Shown here: positions 1 through 17,620 of the stretch, piece after piece | How the letters are laid out: every line of letters starts with the position of its first letter | How positions within the stretch are numbered: the first letter of the stretch is position 1 | NCBI GenBank assembly: GCA_964291655.2 | Contig: OZ219802.1 | Coordinates: forward strand, 2,560,001 to 2,624,000 | Length of the DNA stretch: 64,000 bases | Direction: 5' to 3' | Source of the DNA: Chloroflexota bacterium | GTDB taxonomy: Bacteria; Chloroflexota; UBA11872; VXOZ01 | The notes under the pieces: generated by a model | What the model was told of the DNA's origin: nothing | Databases searched by the model: none | What the model saw: only the letters and a program-made list of their open reading frames with translations | Made by a program: the position numbers and the translations under genes

Positions 1-163
1 CGCACCCAGCCAAAATGCACGCACCACCGTTGGCATGCCACGCTCCACCTTCCTCATTATACCGTAGAGAAACACTGCGTGGCACGACCCGGGGGGCGAA
101 CAGGCTCGTGCTATACTGTGCGGAAGATCTGAAAGTTGATTTTTCACATATAAGGGTGCTTGC

Positions 164-631
164 ATGCTGGCTGTGGTGCAACGCGTGCGTGAAGCGCGTG
201 TGGACGTTGGTGAAAGACTTGTCAGTAGCATCGGCCAGGGGCTTGTCGTGCTCATTGCCGTGAAGACTGGCGATACGGGAGAGGCTGCAACGTATGTTGC
301 TACGAAGCTCGCTACCTTACGCATCTTTGGCGATGAAGCCGGCAAGATGAATCTCTCGGTGCAGGAGGTGGGCGGCGCAGTGCTCGTGGTCTCGCAGTTC
401 ACGCTCTATGGCGAGACCCGCAAGGGCCGCCGGCCGAGCTTTACCAAGTCCGCCCGGCCGGAGGAAGCCGAGCCATTGATCGGGCAGGTAGTCAGCAGTC
501 TGCAGGACCAGGGAATACCCGTTGCTTGCGGTGAGTTCGGAGCAATGATGCAGCTATCACTCATCAACGACGGGCCGGTTACCATCATTCTCGATTCGGA
601 CGACCGCGAGATTCCGCGCCGACAGGCATAG
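164..631 (+). CDS. dtd: D-aminoacyl-tRNA deacylase
   Basis: N-terminal xAVVQRV, SQFTL, GxRPSF, FGAMM and NDGPVT motifs of DTD1; 155 aa. Confidence 0.96.
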   Translation: MLAVVQRVREARVDVGERLVSSIGQGLVVLIAVKTGDTGEAATYVATKLATLRIFGDEAGKMNLSVQEVGGAVLVVSQFTLYGETRKGRRPSFTKSARPEEAEPLIGQVVSSLQDQGIPVACGEFGAMMQLSLINDGPVTIILDSDDREIPRRQA

Positions 632-665
632 GTGAAGGCGACGGCGACCGGCGGACGTTGCGCGA

Positions 666-734
666 AGAGTCACAAGGGGCGGGCACAATCACCTGAGTTT
701 CAAGCTGGTGATCGCGTCCGCCCTTTGTGATTCT
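666..734. terminator. Long imperfect hairpin between convergent dtd and rpoC, probable bidirectional terminator
   Basis: Arms agagtcacaaggggcgggcacaatcacc and ggtgatcgcgtccgccctttgtgattct form a ~28-bp stem whose mismatches are all transitions. Confidence 0.6.
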
Positions 735-825
735 AACGGCATACTTTTCCGACAGGCTGCAAGAGAGCCGCTACTCTGCGGTTTCTTCTGCTGTGCCCTC
801 TGCGGTGGGTTCCTCGACAGATGCC

Positions 826-5331
<4,506 letters not shown>

Positions 5332-5421
5332 ATAACAATACGCCTCCTCGTACTGTGCTGGGAAAAAGCTTTGCTAGCAGCGGCAGACTGCCGTTGGGCG
5401 AACACAGGTCCCAAACTTGTG

Positions 5422-8400
5422 CTATTCGTGATGCTCGCGACCTTGCAGGTTGATACCCCCAAGATCGGGCAGGCCATCCGTGTCGCCTTCTTCGGGGAAG
5501 CGGATTTCCTCTTCGTTCTCGTTGAGAACCTCCACCGCCAGAGCCAGACTTTGCAATTCTTTGACAAGAACTTTGAAAGACTCCGGAATGCCGGGCTGGA
5601 GGACTTCCTCCCCTTTAACGATTGCTTCATACGTTTTAACACGGCCATGCACGTCATCGGACTTGACCGTAAGCATCTCTTGCAATGTGTAGGCGGCGCC
5701 ATAGGCTTCCAATGCCCACACCTCCATCTCGCCAAAGCGCTGGCCGCCAAACTGCGCTTTGCCGCCTAAGGGCTGTTGCGTAATCAAGGAATAGGGGCCG
5801 GTGGAGCGGGCGTGCACTTTGTTTTCGACAAGATGGGCGAGTTTTAGCATGTATACCCAACCGACCGTTATTTCCTGGTCGAAGGCCTCGCCGGAGCGGC
5901 CGTCGTAAAGGACTGCCTTGCCGTTGCGGGGCAGCTCCGCAGACTCCAGTGCGCTTTCGATCTCGGCCTCGCCTGCGCTGTCGAAAACCGGCACGACTGC
6001 CTGGTAACCCAGTTCGTGCGCGGCCCACCCCAAATGTGCTTCGAGGATTTGACCGAGGTTCATGCGGGAAGGAGCGCCAAGCGGGCTGAGAACGATATCC
6101 ACCGGCGTGCCGTCGGCCAGATGCGGCATGTCTTCCACGGGCATGATGCGCGCAACCACGCCTTTGTTGCCGTGGCGCCCTGCCATCTTGTCTCCTGCCA
6201 TAAGCTTGCGCTTGGAGGCCACAGATACCCGGACCATCTCATTCACGCCGCTGGAGAGCTCGTCGCCCATCTCCTTATTAAAGGTGCTGACGTCTACCAC
6301 TTTGCCGTGCTCACCGGCCGGCATGCGCTTGGAAGTGTCTTTGACATCGCGGGCGTCCTTGCCAAAGATGGCGCGCAGAAGCCGGTCTTCGCCGGTCAGG
6401 TCCGTTTCGCCTTTTGGCGTGACTTTGCCCACCAGAATGTCATCCGGGTGGACTTCCGCACCGACGTAAATGACGCCGTTCTCGTCCAAGTTCCGCAGGG
6501 CCTCTTCGGCCACGTTGGGAATATCGCGCGTAATCTCTTCGGGCCCTAATTTCGTGTCCCGGGCCTCGCACTCATACTTTTCAACATGGACGGACGTAAA
6601 GAGGTCCTCTTGCACCACGCGATCGCTGATGATGATGGCGTCTTCGTAGTTGCCGCCTTCCCAGAACATGAAAGCGCACAAGACGTTTTGTCCTAGGGCA
6701 AGTTGCCCGTTGTCTGTCGAGGAACTATCCGCCAGCGGCTGGCCCGCCACCACGCGCTCGCCTTTGCGCACGATGGCGCGCTGATTGAAGCAGGTGGCTG
6801 CATTGGTGCGCTCGAATTTCTTCAGGGGATAGACGTGCTCCTCGCCGTCGTCGCCCAGCAAGCGAAGTTCGCGTGCCGTAGCGCCGCTGACAATGCCGTC
6901 CACGGCAGCGCAAAGAACCTGTCCCGAATCTTCCGCTGCTTTCCACTCCATTCCGGTGGCCACGAGGGGCGCTTCCGGCGTGAGAAGCGGTACCGCCTGC
7001 CGTTGCATGTTGGCGCCCATCAATGCCCGGTTCGCATCGTCGTGCTCCAGGAAAGGAATGAGCGACGTAGGTACGCTGACAATCTGTTTCGGCGAGACGT
7101 CCATGAAATCTATGCGATCGGGAACTTCCTGCAGGAATTGCCCGCCGGCGCGGCAGGCAACCCGATCTTCTACAAACTCGCCAACTTCGTTAATCCGGGC
7201 ATTTGCCTGGGAGACGATGTACAGGTCCTCCTCGTCTGCAGAGAGATACGTAACACCGTCAACGTTCATGCTGGCAAAGGGACGCAGAGGTAGCTCCGTC
7301 CCCACGAGATTGGCTTCCTTAAGGGCGGCTATGTCGTTTTCGGTTAGTACCGTGCCGGATGGGATGACAACGGTGTCGCCACTCTTAATGTCTGCGGTCA
7401 CCGTGTGGCCGATGAGGTCCGCGCCATCGCCCTTAAGCGTGAGTGACTTTATGACTTGCCGATAGGGCGTTTCTATGAAGCCGTAATCGTTGACGCGTCC
7501 ATAGCTGGCGAGGCTGCCGATGAGGCCGATGTTCGGACCTTCCGGCGTCTCAATCGGGCAAATGCGTCCGTAGTGCGAGTGGTGCACGTCGCGCACGTCA
7601 AAGCCTGCGCGATCGCGGGATAGCCCGCCCGGTCCCATGGCAGAGAGGCGCCGCTTATGCCCCAACTCTGAAAGGGGGTTAGTCTGGTCCATGAATTGCG
7701 AGAGCTGGCTGCCGCCAAAAAACTCGCGCACGGCGGCAACCACCGGTCGCGTGTTGATGAGGGCTGCCGGCGTTACGGTCGCCGGGTCTTGCAGCGTCAT
7801 ACGTTCTTTAATGACGCGCTCCATGCGGAGCAGGCCGATGCGAAACTGGTTCTGCAGGAGTTCGCCGACCGCCCGCACGCGTCGGTTCCCCAGGTGGTCG
7901 ATGTCGTCCGGGGGATTCTGCGAGTTGTCGAGTTCGATGAGCCTGCGGACGATATACACAAGGTCTTCGGGTGTGAGCGTGCGTACTTCCGGCGGCGTGG
8001 GCATCTGTAAACGCTTGTTGAGCTTGTAGCGCCCGACGCGGCCCAGGTCGTACCGACGCCCGTTGAAGAACGTCGACTCGATTAGATTCTTGGCATTGTC
8101 CAGCGTGACCGGATCGCCGGGCCGGATGCGCTTGTATACCTCCCGCAAGCCACTCTCCTGCGAGTTGGAGGGATCGCGCCGCTGGGCACCGTCTTGCCCG
8201 CCGATGGTGGTGGCAATGTAGGGGTGATCGGGGTTTGTATCGATGTCATGGAAGAGGTCGTAGAGTTCAGAATCGGAGCCGTAACCGACGGCGCGCAGGA
8301 GTGCCGTCACGGGAATGGTGCGGCGTTTATCCACCTTGACGGTCAATATATCCTTGGCGCTGGTTTCGAATTCCAGCCACGCCCCGCGATTGGGGATGAG

Positions 8401-8883
8401 CTTGGCGCTATAGAGATAGCGGCTGCCGGAAGGGTCTTCCCTGCGGGTATAGTACACCCCTGGCGAGCGCACCAATTGGCTCACCACCACGCGCTCCGTG
8501 CCGTTGTAAATGAACGTACCGGAACTGCTCATGAGCGGAAAGTCGCCCATGAAGACCGTCATCTCTTTGATTTCGCCGGTCTGCTTGATAAGCAGTTTTG
8601 CTCGTACACGAAGGGGCGATTGGTAGGTTAGGTCACGTTTGCGGCATTCGTTTTCGTCGTAAGGCGGCCGGTCAAACGGGTTTTCCGGCACTTCGAAGCT
8701 GAGTTCAAAATTCTTTCCCGTAAAGTCCTCAATGGGCGAAATCTCAGCAAACACCTCTCGTAGCCCATTAGTTTGGAACCAGCGAAAGGACCGCATTTGC
8801 AGTTCGATGAGGTCGGGTAGCGGTAATATCTCCGGCAACTTGCCATAGTTGTGTTGCTGCAATGCTTTACCGCTCATGGCCAT
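5422..8883 (-). CDS. rpoB: DNA-directed RNA polymerase subunit beta
   Basis: [34 protein letters not shown]. Confidence 0.99.
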   Translation of the reverse strand: MAMSGKALQQHNYGKLPEILPLPDLIELQMRSFRWFQTNGLREVFAEISPIEDFTGKNFELSFEVPENPFDRPPYDENECRKRDLTYQSPLRVRAKLLIKQTGEIKEMTVFMGDFPLMSSSGTFIYNGTERVVVSQLVRSPGVYYTRREDPSGSRYLYSAKLIPNRGAWLEFETSAKDILTVKVDKRRTIPVTALLRAVGYGSDSELYDLFHDIDTNPDHPYIATTIGGQDGAQRRDPSNSQESGLREVYKRIRPGDPVTLDNAKNLIESTFFNGRRYDLGRVGRYKLNKRLQMPTPPEVRTLTPEDLVYIVRRLIELDNSQNPPDDIDHLGNRRVRAVGELLQNQFRIGLLRMERVIKERMTLQDPATVTPAALINTRPVVAAVREFFGGSQLSQFMDQTNPLSELGHKRRLSAMGPGGLSRDRAGFDVRDVHHSHYGRICPIETPEGPNIGLIGSLASYGRVNDYGFIETPYRQVIKSLTLKGDGADLIGHTVTADIKSGDTVVIPSGTVLTENDIAALKEANLVGTELPLRPFASMNVDGVTYLSADEEDLYIVSQANARINEVGEFVEDRVACRAGGQFLQEVPDRIDFMDVSPKQIVSVPTSLIPFLEHDDANRALMGANMQRQAVPLLTPEAPLVATGMEWKAAEDSGQVLCAAVDGIVSGATARELRLLGDDGEEHVYPLKKFERTNAATCFNQRAIVRKGERVVAGQPLADSSSTDNGQLALGQNVLCAFMFWEGGNYEDAIIISDRVVQEDLFTSVHVEKYECEARDTKLGPEEITRDIPNVAEEALRNLDENGVIYVGAEVHPDDILVGKVTPKGETDLTGEDRLLRAIFGKDARDVKDTSKRMPAGEHGKVVDVSTFNKEMGDELSSGVNEMVRVSVASKRKLMAGDKMAGRHGNKGVVARIMPVEDMPHLADGTPVDIVLSPLGAPSRMNLGQILEAHLGWAAHELGYQAVVPVFDSAGEAEIESALESAELPRNGKAVLYDGRSGEAFDQEITVGWVYMLKLAHLVENKVHARSTGPYSLITQQPLGGKAQFGGQRFGEMEVWALEAYGAAYTLQEMLTVKSDDVHGRVKTYEAIVKGEEVLQPGIPESFKVLVKELQSLALAVEVLNENEEEIRFPEEGDTDGLPDLGGINLQGREHHE

Positions 8884-8951
8884 AGTAACTATCCTCTCTC
8901 GCCACTTAGATACTGTCCAAAGCGACTATTGCGCCAAGGTACATTACTTCC

Positions 8952-8980
8952 ATGATAGCAGTTTGCACCTGCGGGAACAA
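8952..8980 (-). promoter_or_regulatory. Sigma70-type promoter for rpoBC
   Basis: Minus strand reads TTGTTC-N17-TATCAT with a TGn extension, ~70 nt upstream of the rpoB start. Confidence 0.55.
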
Positions 8981-9104
8981 CTGGCCGCTTGCAGCGGGCC
9001 GAGGGTGAAAGCCCCCTTGCGAGTCCTTGTGATCTTGCCCACAACATCGCGCAGCGCGAGATTCGGTGGGGCGTTTCTCACCCCATGTACGCCGTCGCCT
9101 TGCA

Positions 9105-10694
9105 TCAGCTCTCTTTGAGTATCGCCATCGCGGCGTTGTGGCCGGGGGCGCCGGTTACGCCGCCGCCGGGATGGGCGCCGGAGCCGCAGAGGTAGAGGTT
9201 TCGCACCGGCGTGGCGTAACGCGCCCAGCCCAATGCTGGACGCATGAAGAAGAGCTGATCGAGGCTCAGTTCCCCATGGAAGATGTTGCCTCCGGTAAGG
9301 CCGTATTCTTGCTCCAAGTCCAGGGGGGAGAGGGCGTGCACGTGCTCGATGGCTTGGGGCAAATTGGGAGCATAGGCGGCGAGGGTATCAATGATGCGCT
9401 GCACAAAGCGCTCTTTCTCTTCCGGCCACGTACTCTCCTTGAGCCGGTAGGGCGCGTACTGCACAAATATGCCCATGACGTGTTTTCCCTCGGGTGCGAG
9501 GGAAGAGTCATAGGCTGTGGGGATGGTGATCTCCAGCAGGGGATGCTCGGAGGGTTTGCCGTACTTGGCATCATCCCAGGCGCGTTCCAAATACTCCATG
9601 CTTGGACAAATGTGTGTAGTGCCCCGGTGCTGCGGTCCGAGAGTCGTGCCGGGTAAGGCCGTGTAGTCCGGCAACTCGCCCAAAGCGAGATTGAGCTTGA
9701 ACGACGACCCTTCACATTGGTACGACTCGATTTGCGAAATAAAGTCTTCCGGCAGGGAGCGGCGCTCCACGAGATGCAGGAACGTGCGCTTGGGGTCGGC
9801 ATTCGAAACAACGACGTTGGCGTGGTATTCGGCGCCATCTTCCAGCACCACGCCCGTGGCTGCGTCGCCACGTGTAACCACTTGGGCGACCGGCGCGTCC
9901 GTGAGAATCACTGCGCCGTGGGCTTGGGCCGAGGCTGCCAGGGCTTGGGTGATGGCGCCCATGCCGCCCTCCACAAACCCCCATAGTCCGCGCACCCCGC
10001 CGACACCGCCCATTACGTGGTGCAGGAGCACGTAGGCAGTGCCGGGAGTGCGCGGGCCGCCGTTTGTGCCGATCACACCGTCAGTGGCAAGCGCCACTTT
10101 CAATGCATCCGATTCGAACCATTCGTCTAGGATGGATTGCACGCTCCGCGTCATGAGCTTGACCGCGTCAGCCAATTGCGCGTTGGAGAGACCGAGGAGC
10201 GTGCGTCCCGCGCGCAGCGGCTCAAGCCAGTCGCTCAGCCGTTGGGGCGGAAACTGTGGCGGCGGCTGCAAGAAGAGCGGTTCGATGAGTTTCGCGACAC
10301 CTTCGATGTACCTTTCATATTCGGGATAGCGTTCCGCGTCTCGAGCCGAAAACTTGGCGATTTCCTGAGAGGTGCGCGCCAAGTCACGGTACATAAAGAG
10401 GTGGCTGCCGTCGGGGTAAGGAGCGAAATATGCCGGGTCTTTGGGAAATGCCTTGTAACCGTAGCGCGGCAATTCAAGCTCCCGCACCACTTTCTCCTGG
10501 AGCAGGCTTACCAGGTAGGAACACGTGGAAACACGGTAGCCGGGAAAGACCTCTTCAGTCACGCACGCGCCGCCGACGATGGGCCGGCGCTCCAGCACCA
10601 GCACCCTCCAGCCGGCGCGCGCCAGGTAGCCTGCCGTGACGAGTCCGTTATGGCCCGCCCCGATGATGATGGCGTCGTATGTGGAATTCGTCAT
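9105..10694 (-). CDS. Phytoene dehydrogenase-like NAD(P)/FAD-dependent oxidoreductase (COG1233)
   Basis: IIGAGHNGL dinucleotide-binding motif, GGACVTEE, C-terminal LYLCGSGAHPGGGVTGAPG. Confidence 0.9.
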   Translation of the reverse strand: MTNSTYDAIIIGAGHNGLVTAGYLARAGWRVLVLERRPIVGGACVTEEVFPGYRVSTCSYLVSLLQEKVVRELELPRYGYKAFPKDPAYFAPYPDGSHLFMYRDLARTSQEIAKFSARDAERYPEYERYIEGVAKLIEPLFLQPPPQFPPQRLSDWLEPLRAGRTLLGLSNAQLADAVKLMTRSVQSILDEWFESDALKVALATDGVIGTNGGPRTPGTAYVLLHHVMGGVGGVRGLWGFVEGGMGAITQALAASAQAHGAVILTDAPVAQVVTRGDAATGVVLEDGAEYHANVVVSNADPKRTFLHLVERRSLPEDFISQIESYQCEGSSFKLNLALGELPDYTALPGTTLGPQHRGTTHICPSMEYLERAWDDAKYGKPSEHPLLEITIPTAYDSSLAPEGKHVMGIFVQYAPYRLKESTWPEEKERFVQRIIDTLAAYAPNLPQAIEHVHALSPLDLEQEYGLTGGNIFHGELSLDQLFFMRPALGWARYATPVRNLYLCGSGAHPGGGVTGAPGHNAAMAILKES

Positions 10695-11482
10695 GCTTCA
10701 ATTGCGAAAACGCGGAGGGCGTTCCGGCAGAGTATCGCTTCTTGCTGGGCGTTAGTGAGCTTGCGGCAGTGGCGTTGGATAAGCTGGGGCCCAAACTCGA
10801 TGGGCATGTGCGGGGCGTTGGTAGCATTCAGCACGCGTTCGGCCCCGACGCCGTCAACGAGATTTTGTATATAGATAGGACGCAGCACGCCAGCGAGGTC
10901 TACGACTGTATTCTCGGCTCTGCGCATGAAGGGGACAACTTCGGGCACGAACCCTGGGACGCCCGCGTGGGCGATGATAAAGGTGATGCCGGGAAAATCC
11001 AGGGCCAAGTCGGCGACCAGCGCCGGCGTACAGGTGTGGCCGTGTTCCTCACCGGTGTGGATCATCACCGGCACGCGAAGCGCCGCGATGGCTTCCAAGA
11101 CCGGCTCCAGCAGGGCGCGGTCGGCGAGGGAATAGCAGCCTGCGCCGTAGGTGGAGGCGTCGATGGTGTTCAACTTGACAGCGTGAAAGCCACGATCGCG
11201 CACCCAGTAGTGCATTTCGTCAATGGCTTGAGCGCCGCGTGGGGGTTTAACCCGCACGAAGCCATAGATGCGGTCCGGATAGGTGGCGATGGCCTGCGCG
11301 ATGCGCTCGTGGTCGGCGGCAAAGTGATCTGCAGCGCCCACGCCGGGAGGCGCACAGAGTGCCCGGTCCACTTCGCCCCGATCCATGTAGGCGATCATGT
11401 CTGGGCCCTGCATGGTGGCGGGCATGCCCTGGACTTCCCAGATGGGGTTGTGTCCGAGATAGCAGTGCGCGTCGATAATCAC
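10691..11482 (-). CDS. Amidohydrolase family protein (Amidohydro_2-like)
   Basis: IIDAHCY, PVMIHTG and IIAHAG motifs; GTG at 11482 with GGAGG RBS; 4-bp overlap with the oxidoreductase. Confidence 0.85.
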   Translation of the reverse strand: MIIDAHCYLGHNPIWEVQGMPATMQGPDMIAYMDRGEVDRALCAPPGVGAADHFAADHERIAQAIATYPDRIYGFVRVKPPRGAQAIDEMHYWVRDRGFHAVKLNTIDASTYGAGCYSLADRALLEPVLEAIAALRVPVMIHTGEEHGHTCTPALVADLALDFPGITFIIAHAGVPGFVPEVVPFMRRAENTVVDLAGVLRPIYIQNLVDGVGAERVLNATNAPHMPIEFGPQLIQRHCRKLTNAQQEAILCRNALRVFAIEA

Positions 11483-11585
11483 AGTTGGACCTCCATTTTC
11501 GCCAACGAGACTCTTGAGGAGCTCTGCCAAGCAGTTAGACACGGGCTCGATTGCCGCCAGATCCCCTTCACCCCGGCCCTCTCCC

Positions 11586-11872
11586 TGTACAGACTGGGCT
11601 GATAGGTAACAGGTGTTCGGGTTGATAGGTTACACATTGTACTGATTGACACCTTCGGGCGCTTTAGGTTGGGCAGAGAAATAGACGTTCCAGGCACCAC
11701 GACATACTCATGTTCAGTTCGTGAGCTGGTGCCAGGGGAAAAACCGTATCCATAAGGGTATTGAGTTGGTCTAACTTCCATGGCATGGACACTGCATACA
11801 ACGAAAACTCCCATATTCGATGGTGTAACCTATCAACCCGAACATGTGTTACCCATCAACCCGGTCTATACA
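11586..11872. mobile_element. Non-autonomous IS481-like MITE (287 bp)
   Basis: TGT...ACA ends; ~50-bp terminal inverted repeats with internal repeated sub-motifs; imperfect flanking duplication ctccc/ctcca; no transposase. Confidence 0.75.
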
Positions 11873-12001
11873 CTCCAGGGAGAGGGAGACATTCCCGCCT
11901 GCTGGCCCAAGGAGGGCAAAGGCTTTCTCAAAAGAGAGTGGAGTCTGTGCCTCAAAACTGGGATAGGCTAGGGTCTCCTGGAGAGTAGGGTCTGAACGTG
12001 G

Positions 12002-14638
<2,637 letters not shown>

Positions 14639-15187
14639 TCTCTCGGCAGCGTGAGGTTAGGAGTGGTGGGACTTTGGTTTCTTTGACTTGCTTCCAGTCT
14701 ACGTGGCGCAAATGAGTGAAGTCAATGAAACTGCACGTCACCCCAGTGGCTGCGTGGTTCCAAGCACCAGCGAGGAATGACCCCAATGTGAAGCCAGGTG
14801 GGACGATCGGGAGAGGCAATTGCCGCGCTGCCAATGCGTAGCGTTCCTGTGATGCCCGATGGATTTTGCCACCGCGAACACACTGTGCTATACTGTTTAC
14901 GTTTGGCTGCAGGTTCGTCTTAGTTCATGCAGCATCCCTGCATTATTTCCCCCTCGGATTGCCTTACCCTTTGCAATCTTCAATGTACTCTATCGTCCTA
15001 GTTAAGTCATGTCTGGCGAACCTGCCGCCGAACGTCTCGCGCCAATAAACTGCATGACCTCGCACCATTGTTGTGGTATTTGCCATAAATCTGGGCTATT
15101 TGATTGCGTTTTGAAAGCGAACGTGCGAGTATAGGGATTCGGAAATAAGCTTGTGAAGCGCAAATTTTGATATGAGGTGAGTGCAGC

Positions 15188-15454
15188 GTGCTAACGACAG
15201 AACAGAAGCAGGGGATAGTCGCCAAGTATGGCCGGGACGGTAACGACACGGGTTCGTCTGAGGTCCAAATCGCTTTGCTGACAAGTCGCATCCAGCAACT
15301 TTCGGCCCACATGGGCGAAAACAAGCACGACAAGCACTCGGAAATGGGTTTGCTCAAGCTGGTAGGGCGACGGCGGCGGCTCTTGCGATATCTGCACCGC
15401 CGCAATCCGGCGCAGTACCGCACGCTCATTGCGGAACTTGGATTGCGCGGCTGA
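15188..15454 (+). CDS. rpsO: 30S ribosomal protein S15
   Basis: DTGSSEVQIALLT, HDKHSEMGLLKLVGRRRRLLRYL; 88 aa. Confidence 0.98.
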   Translation: MLTTEQKQGIVAKYGRDGNDTGSSEVQIALLTSRIQQLSAHMGENKHDKHSEMGLLKLVGRRRRLLRYLHRRNPAQYRTLIAELGLRG

Positions 15455-15477
15455 GCGGCAGTTTCTGCGAAAAGAAG

Positions 15478-15501
15478 AGCGCTACGGTTTTCCGTAGCGC
15501 T
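15478..15501. terminator. Hairpin after rpsO
   Basis: Perfect 10-bp stem agcgctacgg-tttt-ccgtagcgct between convergent genes. Confidence 0.65.
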
Positions 15502-15569
15502 TCTATGATTCTGGGCACCCGGTCGAATGGCGCCTCTTTGGCAATTTGGTGGGAGTCTCCGCTTGGACT

Positions 15570-16931
15570 TCAGGTATTATTCGTAACGTCATTCCACTCT
15601 ATGCGCAGCGCGTAAAACTTGTCCGCCATTCGTTCCAACGCTTCGCGTGGAGAGACCTGGCGTAAGAGCACGCGTTGGATTTCGAGCTGGGAAAAGTGCT
15701 CCCATGTCTGAAACCAGGGCACTTCCCGCCCTTCGTGCGTACGGGAGACCTGTCGCTGCTGCAGGTAGGAGTTCATGTTTTCCAGACCACGCTCATCCGC
15801 CAGCCTCTGCACTTGCGGTTCCGCATAGAGCGACTCGTAGGCGCTGCCAAGCGAACGGTTCACAAACCAGAAGAGCGGTGTAAAGTAGCGGTTCTCTCGA
15901 TCGAGTCCGCCGAGGTACTGCAAGAGTTCCCAGGCAGCGTCTTTGTTCCGGCTCGCTCGCGGGATTGCATAGAGTCGAGTCCACATGACCGAACCGCTTT
16001 GAGAGGGATCATTGCCCGGGAAAAGGGCAACGCGGCGGGATCCCGGGGCATTACTTCCCTCCTGTTGGTTGAAGAGAAAATTGTATCCGGGCTGAATAGT
16101 AAACGCCGTTGGGTTGCGTAAGGCGGCTTCATAGCTGCTCCCAAGGACGTCGGCGTGGATTATTTCGGTACTATAGATGCCGGCCAATAACCATGAGAGG
16201 GTCTGCTCCGCGGCGGAACCAGGCAGGTGGAACACGGGATTCAGCAATTCATCGAAGAAGGTACCGCCTCGTGCATACACCATTGACCACCAGTCGATGT
16301 TGGTGCTGGTGTGAAAGCGGTACGTAAGCCGGATCGGGTATTCCACCAGGCCGCGCCGCTTTATCTCGAGCGCCTGCTCCGTTACTTCCTCCCATGTCGC
16401 AGGAGGGAGCGGAATGCCGGCACTTTGGAGAATCTCTTCGTCGTAGACCCAGAGCGCGCACTCCGTATAGTACGGTAGGCCGTAGCTGGCGCCTTTGTGT
16501 TGGATACCCTCCACTGCCTGCGGGACCATGGCTTCACGATACTGATTGATACCGCTGAATCCGTCCAGCGGCTCAAGCCAGTCGGCTTCCGCCCATGCCG
16601 CGAGATCCGTCTCCCGCACGTAGACGGCGTCAATTGGCTGCCCTTCATTGAGGAGGTGGCTGACCGCCTGAAAATAGTCCGAATCTATGAGTTCCGGCGC
16701 CACGCGCAATCCGGGGTACTGCGTGACGAAGCGTTCCAGATTCCAACGCAGCAACTCAGGTTCGTAGCCCCAGTAGACCAGGCGTAAAGACAGTGGCTCC
16801 TGCTCGTTTCCAAACGTCTCACCACGGCTGCACGCAGCAGCCAGCAGGGCACTGGAAAGAAGGAGATGCCGACGGGAAAGTGAATTACCGAGAAAGAGAG
16901 GTGCTTCTAGTCTGCTCACAATTGACTCCAC
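15570..16931 (-). CDS. Extracellular solute-binding protein (sugar ABC type, Tat lipoprotein)
   Basis: SRRHLL...AAAC signal/lipobox; YGLPYY, PPATWEEV and AAWELLQYL, typical of SBP_bac_1/8. Confidence 0.85.
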   Translation of the reverse strand: MESIVSRLEAPLFLGNSLSRRHLLLSSALLAAACSRGETFGNEQEPLSLRLVYWGYEPELLRWNLERFVTQYPGLRVAPELIDSDYFQAVSHLLNEGQPIDAVYVRETDLAAWAEADWLEPLDGFSGINQYREAMVPQAVEGIQHKGASYGLPYYTECALWVYDEEILQSAGIPLPPATWEEVTEQALEIKRRGLVEYPIRLTYRFHTSTNIDWWSMVYARGGTFFDELLNPVFHLPGSAAEQTLSWLLAGIYSTEIIHADVLGSSYEAALRNPTAFTIQPGYNFLFNQQEGSNAPGSRRVALFPGNDPSQSGSVMWTRLYAIPRASRNKDAAWELLQYLGGLDRENRYFTPLFWFVNRSLGSAYESLYAEPQVQRLADERGLENMNSYLQQRQVSRTHEGREVPWFQTWEHFSQLEIQRVLLRQVSPREALERMADKFYALRIEWNDVTNNT

Positions 16932-17119
16932 ACCAAGCGGTTACTAGAGACGGTACCATTTAAGAGGCGCTTTCGTCAACGGCCGTGCAGTGTGCGCGGT
17001 ACGCCATGAAGTCTGCTAAATGTGAGTGTTGAAAGGCGAATCGGATTCGAGCTCTCGGGAGTGTAGAGAGACTGTCGCTTAGTTCGCGGACAAGAGCTTG
17101 CATGAAAGTGAGTAGGAGC

Positions 17120-17398
17120 ATGGCAGAGAAGATTGTGACGCTGCACCCGGCGGGCAAAGCCGGGGTGAATATCGACAAGCAGAAGTACGACACTGTACGG
17201 GAGGCAATTCTCCAGTCGCTCCAAGATCACGGCGCGATGACTTTCAAGGATTTAACTGCAGAAGTGCGCAGAAGGCTGGAAGGCAGCTTTGCCGGATCGA
17301 TCTCCTGGTACGTGACCACGGTAAAACTCGACTTGGAGGCGCGAGGCGAAATTTCCCGCGTGCCGAAGAGCAGTCCTCAAGTGCTGACCCTCTCCTGA
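17120..17398 (+). CDS. Small conserved hypothetical protein (DUF6958-like, possible winged helix)
   Basis: AGGAG RBS before ATG 17120; TLHPxGKxGVNIxKxKY and GSISWYVTTVKLDLEARG resemble a conserved small family (family name from recall). Confidence 0.7.
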   Translation: MAEKIVTLHPAGKAGVNIDKQKYDTVREAILQSLQDHGAMTFKDLTAEVRRRLEGSFAGSISWYVTTVKLDLEARGEISRVPKSSPQVLTLS

Positions 17399-17532
17399 TT
17401 TTGGGCAAATGGAACCTGGTCACAGGCATTGATAGTTGTTAGCGGGAGTCTCGCTTGCACGTGGCTCCCAAGGGCAAGGAGTACGTGCATTTGTTCAAGT
17501 ACTAAACAAAGTGCACCTGTAAATGGTAAGGG

Positions 17533-17580
17533 AAAAGCAAGACGGTCACGGAATTCTCGACCCGTGACCGTCTTGTCTTG
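17533..17580 (-). terminator. Rho-independent terminator of the solute-binding protein gene
   Basis: 14-bp stem caagacggtcacgg / ccgtgaccgtcttg followed by a T-run on the minus strand. Confidence 0.7.
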
Positions 17581-17620
17581 TTCTGCGACTTTCACTCAGT
17601 GACTTAACACCGTAGGCGGT

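Noticed and set aside
9105-10694. crtI / carotenoid cluster
   Set aside because: No other crt genes nearby; the sequence fits the broader COG1233 family, so no gene symbol was assigned.
14640-15187. ncRNA or riboswitch in the secA-rpsO intergenic region
   Set aside because: No known RNA motif recognisable by eye; an Rfam search would be needed.
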